Shown here one piece after another: positions 1-7,627 of a stretch of DNA of 64,000 nt (position 1 is the stretch's first letter; each line of letters opens with the position of its first letter). Position numbers and translations under genes: made by a program. This stretch comes from Clostridia bacterium (GTDB lineage Bacteria; Bacillota; Clostridia; Oscillospirales; CAG-272): positions 81,908-145,907 of the forward strand of contig JAFTYG010000008.1 of assembly GCA_017461365.1 (NCBI GenBank), given 5' to 3'. The notes below the pieces were generated by a model. It had not been told where the DNA came from. It saw only the letters and a program-made list of their open reading frames with translations, and searched no databases.

Positions 1-1
1 T

Positions 2-757
2 CTTGCAGATAACAAGGGCGATGCGTTTGTCAGCACGGGAAACACGGGCGCGCTGTTTACGGGCGCTAATCTTATTGTTCGCAGAATAAAGGGAGCTCGG
101 CGTTCCGCTATTGCGGCTCTTTTGCCGATGCAGCCCCCTGTTCTTCTTATTGATTCGGGCGCGAACATTGCCGTTACTCCCGAATATTACGACTATTTTG
201 CCGTAATGGGCTCGGTATATATGAAAAAAATGATGGGTGTTGAGAACCCTCGCGTGGGGCTTCTCAACAATGGCGCCGAGGAGCATAAGGGAACAGACAC
301 GGTGCGCGAGGCGTATGAGCTGCTGTCGTCCGACACGATGATAAATTTTGTCGGTAACGTTGAAGGCAATCGCGTTATGGAGAACTGCTGTGACGTGCTC
401 GTTTGCGACGGATTTTCGGGCAACATCCATCTGAAAACGATGGAGGGCATGGGCAAGCTTGCGCTGTCGGCTCTCAAGGGGCTGTTTACGAAAAATCTGC
501 GCACGAAGCTCGCCTATCTGCTCGTCAAGCCATATGTCTCCGATCTGAAGAAGAATTTTGATGCTTCGGAGTACGGCGGCGCGCCTATTCTCGGCATATC
601 GAAGCCTGTTATAAAGGCTCACGGCTCGTCTAATGCGAAGGCGTTCAAGAATGCTATCCGTCAGGCGGTGGCTTGCGCGGAGAACGATCTGACTGCCGAT
701 ATTGCTGAGGCTCTTGCGGCTCGCCGTGAGGCGTCGGGCAAGTCGGACGAAGAATGA
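2..757 (+). CDS. plsX: Phosphate acyltransferase PlsX, 5'-truncated by the window edge
   Basis: Frame 2 is open from base 2. The translation (DAFVSTGNTGALFTGANLIV ... GAPILGISKPVIKAHGSSNAKAFKNAIRQA) matches the conserved PlsX core and C-terminus. It lies immediately upstream of rnc. Confidence 0.9.
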   Translation, partial: LADNKGDAFVSTGNTGALFTGANLIVRRIKGARRSAIAALLPMQPPVLLIDSGANIAVTPEYYDYFAVMGSVYMKKMMGVENPRVGLLNNGAEEHKGTDTVREAYELLSSDTMINFVGNVEGNRVMENCCDVLVCDGFSGNIHLKTMEGMGKLALSALKGLFTKNLRTKLAYLLVKPYVSDLKKNFDASEYGGAPILGISKPVIKAHGSSNAKAFKNAIRQAVACAENDLTADIAEALAARREASGKSDEE

Positions 758-774
758 CAGAGTGAGGTGTTGTA

Positions 775-1485
775 ATGCAACAATCGGATATATCACTTCT
801 TGAGAGATCAATAGGACACGTATTTCGGGATAGAAATATTTTGCGCGAGGCTCTGACGCATTCATCCTATGCGAACGAGATACGCGCCAAGAAAAAGGTG
901 GCGGTTTGCAACGAGCGGCTTGAATTTCTCGGGGATGCGGTGCTGTCGTCTATTGTCAGCGAGTATCTTTACGTTGAATATCCCGATCTGCCCGAGGGCG
1001 AGCTGACGCAACGCAGGAAGGCTGTGGTGCAATCGGCGGCGCTTGCTTCTTATGCGCGCTCTATTGATCTCGGAAGCTATCTTTATCTCGGAAACGGCGA
1101 GGAAAAGGGCGGCGGACGAGAGAGGCAATCGACCTTGGAGAATGCTTTTGAGGCGCTGGTTGCCGCGATCTATCTTGACAGCGGTGAGTATGGCAAGGAA
1201 AACGTGAAGCGGTTCGTGCTGCCTTTTATTGTCAAGGTCTTGAATGAAAATTACAATTCTATAAGCGCAGATCCCAAGACCGAGCTCCAGCAGCTCATTC
1301 AGCAGACCGAGGGGGATTATCTTGAATACGTGACGGTTGGCGAGAGCGGGCCCGATCACAACAAGGTATTTCGAGTTGAGGCGCGGATGAATTCGAACAT
1401 CATCGGCAGGGGCGAGGGACGCTCCAAGCGCGAGGCTGAGCAGAATGCGGCGATGGAAGCGCTGAGGCTTTTCGGTGAGATATAA
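775..1485 (+). CDS. rnc: Ribonuclease III
   Basis: The RNase III signature NERLEFLGDAVL is present. The C-terminal dsRBD (GPDHNKVFRVEA...GEGRSKREAEQNAA) is present. Length is 236 aa. Confidence 0.95.
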   Translation: MQQSDISLLERSIGHVFRDRNILREALTHSSYANEIRAKKKVAVCNERLEFLGDAVLSSIVSEYLYVEYPDLPEGELTQRRKAVVQSAALASYARSIDLGSYLYLGNGEEKGGGRERQSTLENAFEALVAAIYLDSGEYGKENVKRFVLPFIVKVLNENYNSISADPKTELQQLIQQTEGDYLEYVTVGESGPDHNKVFRVEARMNSNIIGRGEGRSKREAEQNAAMEALRLFGEI

Positions 1486-1494
1486 CAAAATAAA

Positions 1495-1536
1495 GCAACG
1501 GTATCGAATCGTTCGGTTCGGTACCGTTGCTTTTTA
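1495..1536. terminator. Bidirectional intrinsic terminator between convergent rnc and a lipoprotein gene
   Basis: A stem gcaacggta/taccgttgc flanks a ~18-nt loop. It has an A-run upstream and ttttt downstream. Confidence 0.7.
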
Positions 1537-1540
1537 GCGT

Positions 1541-2188
1541 TCAGAATGTAATTTTTATTGTATTTTCATCGACTTTTTGGTAGTCGAATTCAATATGGTA
1601 TGTCGTTGAAGTGTAGTAGTTACCGTCTTTCGTAAGTGGTTCGTGGAAAGCTATGAGTTTAATGGCGAAGCCGCCGTTCTCCTCTGTGAGGAGCTCTGTT
1701 GGAACAGTGATCTTTTCGCTATGGTTATAGGTAATACCTTTCCAATAACTTATCGTAAAGCCGTATTCGTCTGAAAAGGCTTCTTCCTCGGAGATCTCTT
1801 TTACAAAATAATGATTTTCAATACTTTTATAATCGGCGATCTCCATATCATTCACAATATCAAGTGAATGCGTTTGATCGCAAATATATAACCCAAAGAA
1901 AACGGTCTCGTATCCTTCTTTTTGATAACGCGATTTCGGATCTGAATTGTATTTTTTATCGTATTCAATGTCGTGTACGCCGTAATATATATCAAAAGTT
2001 ACGTTGTCTTTATCGAAAAAATCGGTATCCGATCTTGCGCCGATCATTATTGGGGCGGGTGTAAACGTATATCCGAAGCCCTTTTCAAACTCGCTTTTTG
2101 GTCTGCACGCTGTTGCGGACAGAACTATTATCAACAGGATGAGCAATATCCTGAAAGTACGTTTTGTTCGCTTATAAGACGGTTTCAC
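1541..2188 (-). CDS. Hypothetical lipoprotein
   Basis: GTG start, 8 nt after an AAGGAGG RBS. The N-terminus MKPSYKRTKRTFRILLILLIIVLSATAC has a basic n-region, a hydrophobic core and a Cys in a lipobox-like context. No family was recognised. Confidence 0.6.
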   Translation of the reverse strand: MKPSYKRTKRTFRILLILLIIVLSATACRPKSEFEKGFGYTFTPAPIMIGARSDTDFFDKDNVTFDIYYGVHDIEYDKKYNSDPKSRYQKEGYETVFFGLYICDQTHSLDIVNDMEIADYKSIENHYFVKEISEEEAFSDEYGFTISYWKGITYNHSEKITVPTELLTEENGGFAIKLIAFHEPLTKDGNYYTSTTYHIEFDYQKVDENTIKITF

Positions 2189-2280
2189 GGTTGCTGCCTC
2201 CTTTTTGTATTATTTAATAACAAAACAGCGCGCAGGAGCGCAGGGACACGCAACGCCCCACATCCTACGCGCTATATTAT

Positions 2281-4245
2281 TTACTTTTTAAGGCTCATGA
2301 TGCCCTTATATTCAAGCAGCTTCATGAAGAGTCCGCCCTGTACGGTACGGTTACGGAAGCTCTTTACAATAAAGGTATCCGCGTCGGGGATATACGTATG
2401 GCTATCGTATGCCTTATGCTCGCTTGTTATCGTCCAATACCAGTCGGTCATGGGTACGCGCGAGGGAGTGATATTGAAGGACTCCCACATGGGCGCTACA
2501 AATTTTTCAAAGTCGTCTCTGCTCTCTGCAAGCGTTGCCGTCCATACGAGCCAGTCGCTCTTTGTATAGGGCTGTCTGTTATCGAGCGGCATACCGTAGG
2601 CGTGCATATGCTTGCGGTAGCTTGCGAATTCGCTTTCGATAACGTTCTTGGGCATGATCTCCGTTCCGAAGAGCTTATCCCACACGATATTGTACTTCAT
2701 CGAGAAGGTATCGGGGCGGTCGAATGCGAGACGGTAGCTTCCGTCCCCGTTTGCCGCTCTCTTTGCCCAATCTGCCGCCATATCGCGCGCGAGCTTCATA
2801 TATTTCTTTTCGTCCTTCTTATTGCCGTTCATTCCGTAGATAATGCCGAGTCCCGCAATACCCATGATAGCCTTCAAGGAGAGGTTACAGTTATGCGCGA
2901 GGTGTCCTGCGAAGTCGTCGGTACAGAGCTGATTTTCGGGATCTCTGCCGTTTTCGATGAGGTATTTTACCCATGCCTCGAGAATGTCCATATGCTCGTT
3001 AGCGAAGGCTGTGCTCTTTGTTGCGATGGCAACTGCCGCTTCCATTACGAGCATATTTCCGCATTCCTCGACGGGCATCTGCTTTTCATAGAGCATAACG
3101 CCGTTTTTGAGTCCGTACACCTGACCGTTGAGAAGGGGGTATCTTCCCGCGTCGTGGGGAGCAAAGTCGTACTTGAGGTCATCCTTCCATTCCTTGGACT
3201 GCGCGTACTTATAGATAGGACGCATCATACCCTTGACGAGCTCGGGGTTGTAGAGGAGGAAGAGGGGGATGGAGGGGTAGCTTACGTCAACGGTAGCCGC
3301 GCATCCGTTGGAGAAGCACTCCTTGGAGATCCAGAGGATCTCTCCATTTTCGTCGATAGCAAGCTTATGAGCCGCTATTGTCTGACGGAATGCAAGCTCA
3401 AGCAGCTCTGCGTACTTTTCGCCGCCCGCTCTGGTTGCGTCGAGGAAGAGCTTGTCGGAGAGCTCTGTGCAGCGCTTCATGTTTGCTTTATAATCTGCGT
3501 GAGCCTTTACTATTTCGTCGGTGATCAGAGCACCGTCTTTATTCCAATAGGTCTTGAGGTGCTTATGGAAGTATTCGACAGACACTATATCGTCATATGC
3601 GAAGGTGATGAGCGCGGAGGACTTTACGGGGAGCTCCGTGCTTACATAGTTCATTCCGTCCTCTGCCTTATATACGCTTGTTGTACCCTCGCTTGTGAGG
3701 TAGAAATATCCCCACTCGGCGCGGAGGTCGTCACCGAAGCGCTTGAGCACCTGCTGATTTTTTCTGCCCATCTTTACGGAATTGAGCTTGCCGAGGCTTA
3801 TCTGCTCGCAATCAACGTCGTCGTCTCCGCGGAGGTTCATGCAGATCTCCTCGGATACGGCTACTTTGACGCTTACCGTATGCTTTTTGCCGTCGATAGA
3901 CTGGCTCTTTATCTCAAGATAGCTTACGGGGCGTGTAAGCAGATAGAGGTCAGAGGGAATGACGGGGGAGGTGAAGATGAGGGTGAGGCGGACGCCGAGA
4001 TCCTCATACACATATGTAGTGGACAGCGCGTTGCAATCCACGGATGCCTGCTTCATTGCGGGGATAGTCTCGTCTGCGCCGATTATTCTTACGGTCTTAC
4101 CGTCGATATTCGCTGTTCCGAGGATGGTGTTGGGGCTTCCTGTCCAATGGACGGTGGTGTTGTCTGTAAGCTTGTCCGCCTGTGACCATACGCTGAAGTT
4201 GGGATCGATGGTGATAAGCGGATATGCGGGGGCTCTCAATCTCAT
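2281..4245 (-). CDS. Glutaminase-A-like (DUF4964/DUF5127/DUF4965/DUF1793-type) protein, probable glycan-active enzyme
   Basis: 654 aa with an AAGGAG RBS. The N-terminus MRLRAPAYPLITIDPNFSVWS and the overall architecture resemble the bacterial glutaminase GtaA-like family, recalled from memory. The long antisense ORF 2398..4185 is rejected. Confidence 0.75.
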   Translation of the reverse strand: MRLRAPAYPLITIDPNFSVWSQADKLTDNTTVHWTGSPNTILGTANIDGKTVRIIGADETIPAMKQASVDCNALSTTYVYEDLGVRLTLIFTSPVIPSDLYLLTRPVSYLEIKSQSIDGKKHTVSVKVAVSEEICMNLRGDDDVDCEQISLGKLNSVKMGRKNQQVLKRFGDDLRAEWGYFYLTSEGTTSVYKAEDGMNYVSTELPVKSSALITFAYDDIVSVEYFHKHLKTYWNKDGALITDEIVKAHADYKANMKRCTELSDKLFLDATRAGGEKYAELLELAFRQTIAAHKLAIDENGEILWISKECFSNGCAATVDVSYPSIPLFLLYNPELVKGMMRPIYKYAQSKEWKDDLKYDFAPHDAGRYPLLNGQVYGLKNGVMLYEKQMPVEECGNMLVMEAAVAIATKSTAFANEHMDILEAWVKYLIENGRDPENQLCTDDFAGHLAHNCNLSLKAIMGIAGLGIIYGMNGNKKDEKKYMKLARDMAADWAKRAANGDGSYRLAFDRPDTFSMKYNIVWDKLFGTEIMPKNVIESEFASYRKHMHAYGMPLDNRQPYTKSDWLVWTATLAESRDDFEKFVAPMWESFNITPSRVPMTDWYWTITSEHKAYDSHTYIPDADTFIVKSFRNRTVQGGLFMKLLEYKGIMSLKK

Positions 4246-4541
4246 AATTGATTCTCCTTTTTTATATGCTTTTTATTTTTACGAGATTATTATATCAAAT
4301 AAGTGTGGAAAAGTCAACAGTAAAAGGAAAAATCGGGAAAGTTAATTGGGTGGGGGAATTTGCCGTGGGGATTTCATTTTTGTGAGGATTTTTATTTTGC
4401 GCGGACGACGGGTGGTTGCCACTACTACCTTGTCTCAGCTAAAACTTTACGTTTCATAGGCTCTCCCCATGGTAGAGCTCCCGCGGAGCGGGCGAGAGGG
4501 AAAGCTGTGATTTTCGCCCTCTCCGCCTCGCAAGCTCGGCA

Positions 4542-4567
4542 CCTCTCCCAGAGGGAGAGGCTTTTTT
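4542..4567 (+). terminator. Orphan intrinsic terminator at the 3' end of a hairpin-rich non-coding element
   Basis: An 8-bp GC-rich stem cctctccc/gggagagg with a 3-nt loop is followed by cTTTTTT. No plus-strand gene lies upstream. Two further hairpins precede it (gctcc/ggagc at ~4476 and ggcgagaggg/ccctctccgcc at 4491-4527). Confidence 0.5.
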
Positions 4568-4941
4568 ATTCCTTCGCTTTTGTCAGGTTTTAGATGAAAC
4601 AAGATACTACGATATGAGTATGCGAACATATCGAATACACATAGCAGTTTACAATAATTGCTGAGTAGGAGTATAGGGCATATGAGATGCTGGATTTCTA
4701 AAAATAATGGTGAAAATTATAAAATCATAATAAATAATTTATATAAACAAAGAGTTATAAGTGAAAAATAATAAAACGAAATTTACAATTTCTAAGTAAA
4801 GGACGTATATTTATAAAAAACGTCATATGAAAAATGCTGAAACATACTTATAATTACGATTAAATAAGTTAAAAAATTGTAAAAAAGAGCGTTAAAACTG
4901 ACCTTTTAATTGTGAATAAAAGATTAAATCGAATAAAGGGC

Positions 4942-4970
4942 TTGAAAAAATCGGTAAAATGAGGTATAAT
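4942..4970 (+). promoter_or_regulatory. Sigma-A type promoter for sufC
   Basis: TTGAAA, 17 nt, TATAAT, about 55 nt upstream of the sufC ATG in an AT-rich spacer. Confidence 0.6.
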
Positions 4971-5023
4971 ATTCTAATGGAATTTTTCTATGTCAAATAT
5001 AAAATTAAAAAGGACGGAAAATA

Positions 5024-5734
5024 ATGCTGGAATTCAGAAACGTATCTTATGCCGCTCCGAACGGCAAGGAGATACTGAAGGATATAAATTTGAAGATAGA
5101 CGATAGGTTCGTTGCTGTTACGGGACCTAACGGAAGCGGTAAATCGACCATGGCGAAGCTGATAGCGGGCATAATTACGCCTAATGAGGGACGTATATTT
5201 ATGGACGGCGTTGATATTACCGATATGTCGATCACTGACAGAGCAAAGAACGGCATAAGCTTTGCCTTTCAACAGCCCGTGCGCTTTAAAGGTATCACCG
5301 TAAAGGATCTTATCTCTCTTGCGGCAGGAAAGAACACTAATATCTCCGAGGCATGCGCGTATCTTTCAGAGGTCGGTCTTTGCGCCAAGGACTATATAAA
5401 CCGCGAGGTTGACGGCTCTTTGTCGGGCGGTGAGCTCAAGCGCATTGAGATCGCCATGATAAACGCGCGGGGAACTAAGCTGTCGGTATTTGACGAGCCT
5501 GAGGCGGGAATCGACCTTTGGAGCTTTAACAACCTTATAAAGGTATTTGAAAATATGTATGAGCGCACAAAGGGAACTATCGTTATAATCTCCCATCAGG
5601 AGCGCATACTCAATATTGCTGACAAGATAGTCGTGCTTGCGGGCGGCACTGTTGCCGAATACGGCGCAAAGGATGACGTATTCCCCAAGCTTATGGACGT
5701 GCAGACGGGCTGTCGCTATACGGCAAAGGTATAA
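5024..5734 (+). CDS. sufC: Fe-S cluster assembly ATPase SufC-like
   Basis: Walker A GPNGSGKST, ABC signature LSGGELKR and Walker B LSVFDEPEAGID are present. Length is 236 aa. A SufB/D-family gene follows directly. Confidence 0.85.
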   Translation: MLEFRNVSYAAPNGKEILKDINLKIDDRFVAVTGPNGSGKSTMAKLIAGIITPNEGRIFMDGVDITDMSITDRAKNGISFAFQQPVRFKGITVKDLISLAAGKNTNISEACAYLSEVGLCAKDYINREVDGSLSGGELKRIEIAMINARGTKLSVFDEPEAGIDLWSFNNLIKVFENMYERTKGTIVIISHQERILNIADKIVVLAGGTVAEYGAKDDVFPKLMDVQTGCRYTAKV

Positions 5735-5744
5735 GGAGGAAGAT

Positions 5745-6662
5745 ATGGATAAGATACAGCAAAAGCTGCTCGAAGAGGTAGCGGGCATACACGAGATACC
5801 CGAGGGGGCTTATTCTCTGCGCATAAACGGAAAGCTCCACGGGAAGAATTCCTCCGAGAATATTGAGGTGGTCAAGAAGGAGGATGCTCCCGGTATTGAT
5901 ATATACGTCAAGGCTGGAACGAAGAACGAGAGCCTCCATATTCCCGTTATCCTTTCACAGACGGGCATCAAGGAGCTTGTGTACAACGATTTTCACATTG
6001 GCGAGGATTGCGACATCACGATAGTTGCGGGATGTGGCATTCACAACGGCGGAGCAGAGGACTCCGAGCATAGCGGAATACATTCATTTTTTGTGTCGAA
6101 AAATGCAAAGGTTAAGTATATAGAGAAGCATTACGGTCAGGGAGACGGAAGCGGAAGGAACGTTATGAACCCTCAGACTTATGTTGAACTTGCTGAAAAT
6201 GCTTATCTTGAAATGGAAACTGCGCAGATAAAGGGCGTTGACTCGACGAAGAGAAGCACAAAGGCGATACTGTCGAAAAATGCAACGCTTATAGTCCACG
6301 AAAAGGTGATGACTCACGGCGAGCAATTTGCCGAGACAGCATTTGAGGTAGAGCTTAACGGCGAGGGCTCGGGCACGCACGTCGTATCGAGATCGGTGGC
6401 GCGTGACCGTTCGTCGCAGAAATTTGTTTCCTGCGTTAAGGGCAATGCGAAGTGCTCTGGACACACCGAGTGTGACGCTATTATAATGGATGATGCGACT
6501 GTCATAGCAGTGCCCGAGATAATGGCGGTCGATCCCGACGCATCTTTGATACACGAGGCGGCTATCGGAAAGATAGCGGGAGAACAGCTTATCAAGCTGA
6601 TGACTCTCGGACTTACCGAAAAAGAAGCTGAGGAAGAGATCGTAAACGGATTTTTAAGATGA
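5745..6662 (+). CDS. SufB/SufD-family Fe-S assembly protein (short, 305 aa)
   Basis: ATG at 5745, 6 nt after AAGGAGGA; the ORF-track start at 5637 overlaps sufC and is rejected. The C-terminal motif HEAAIGKIAGEQLIKLMTLGLTEKEAEEEIVNGF is typical of SufB/SufD. Confidence 0.8.
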   Translation: MDKIQQKLLEEVAGIHEIPEGAYSLRINGKLHGKNSSENIEVVKKEDAPGIDIYVKAGTKNESLHIPVILSQTGIKELVYNDFHIGEDCDITIVAGCGIHNGGAEDSEHSGIHSFFVSKNAKVKYIEKHYGQGDGSGRNVMNPQTYVELAENAYLEMETAQIKGVDSTKRSTKAILSKNATLIVHEKVMTHGEQFAETAFEVELNGEGSGTHVVSRSVARDRSSQKFVSCVKGNAKCSGHTECDAIIMDDATVIAVPEIMAVDPDASLIHEAAIGKIAGEQLIKLMTLGLTEKEAEEEIVNGFLR

Positions 6663-7326
6663 CCGTCTTGTGGCTTGCTGCTGTTGCGGTGAGTTCTTTA
6701 GGCTGAAAGAAAAAAAGAAAACAGAATATGCCGAGGGGCTGTCTTGCGCGATGTGAGGCGGCCTCTTGATTTCTTTTCGGAGTGTAGGATTTTGGTATTT
6801 GCGCTGTGCAGTGGTCACTTTGATGAGTGCGTGAAAAATGGTTGCTCAGAGGCTTGCTTTGGGGCTGTTTGGACTCAAATGTAATAAAATTGAATAAATG
6901 GGAATAAATGTAAAATAAGCGGCGAGAGTTTGTCCTTTTGAACTGTTGAGGGTGAAAAAAATTGAAAACGGCTTGAAAATACGCAAAAAACGCTTTTGTC
7001 GAGGTGTAGAAAATTTGGCTCCAAAATTGTGCAAGGTGCACAAGAATTTTGAAGTTGTTTTTAAACCGGCGAAAAGTTGCGGAGATGGCAGAGGTAAAAA
7101 ATATTTACCATACTGTACCAAAACGAAAGAGGAAATAAAAGTTGAGTAAAAATGTACAAAAATATACGCATTTGGTTTACAGATATGCTTAAATGAGGTA
7201 ATTCTAATTTACCCAAATGTGAACATCAAAATGCAAAATGCAAAAATGACGGTTTTAAAAAAGGCAGATTTTGCCACTCCCGTTTGTGACCGTATTATGT
7301 TTATATGGTGATTTGATTTTGAGTTC

Positions 7327-7355
7327 TTGACTTTTTGACGAAAATGTGGTAAGAT
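7327..7355 (+). promoter_or_regulatory. Candidate promoter of the 14.6-kb ABC-like locus
   Basis: TTGACT, 17 nt, TAAGAT. It would produce a ~265-nt leader before the ATG at 7628. Confidence 0.4.
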
Positions 7356-7627
7356 AACAATACGATTTTACGGCCTTTGGGATATTTGCGTCCCGATCGC
7401 CATCAAAATGGCGCAGAAAGACCCCTGCGTCGGCTTTGAAGTATAGCTTTGGTGTTGTCTTTTGCCTTGTGTGCTTGCAGGTGAAAGTACGCCTGTTGGC
7501 ACTCCGTCGGATCTATGCCTTGATTTCCGTCGGTTACGGCACGAACAAAGGATACTCGAAGTACATTGGTAACAGCCGATGGCAACATCAGGCGAAAAAC
7601 TTCAAAAAATTCACAGGAGGAACTTTT

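Noticed and set aside
2398-4185. 595-aa antisense ORF opposite the glutaminase-like gene
   Set aside because: It has no RBS and a Val/Leu/Gly/Cys-rich, domain-free translation. The opposite strand encodes a full-length, family-like protein with an RBS.
4360-4593. 77-aa ORF in the sufC upstream gap
   Set aside because: It has a non-ATG start without an RBS. The translation is an Arg/Ala/Ser-rich readout of stacked hairpins, so it is treated as a non-coding element.
6946-7149. 67-aa Lys-rich ORF in the long spacer before the SBP gene
   Set aside because: It has no RBS and a non-canonical start. Its composition reflects A-rich DNA, and there is no support for coding.
7436-7627. N-terminal extension of the SBP ORF to 7436
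   Set aside because: The extension has no RBS and would bury the signal peptide 64 residues inside the protein. ATG 7628 has a GGAGGA RBS and starts a canonical signal peptide.
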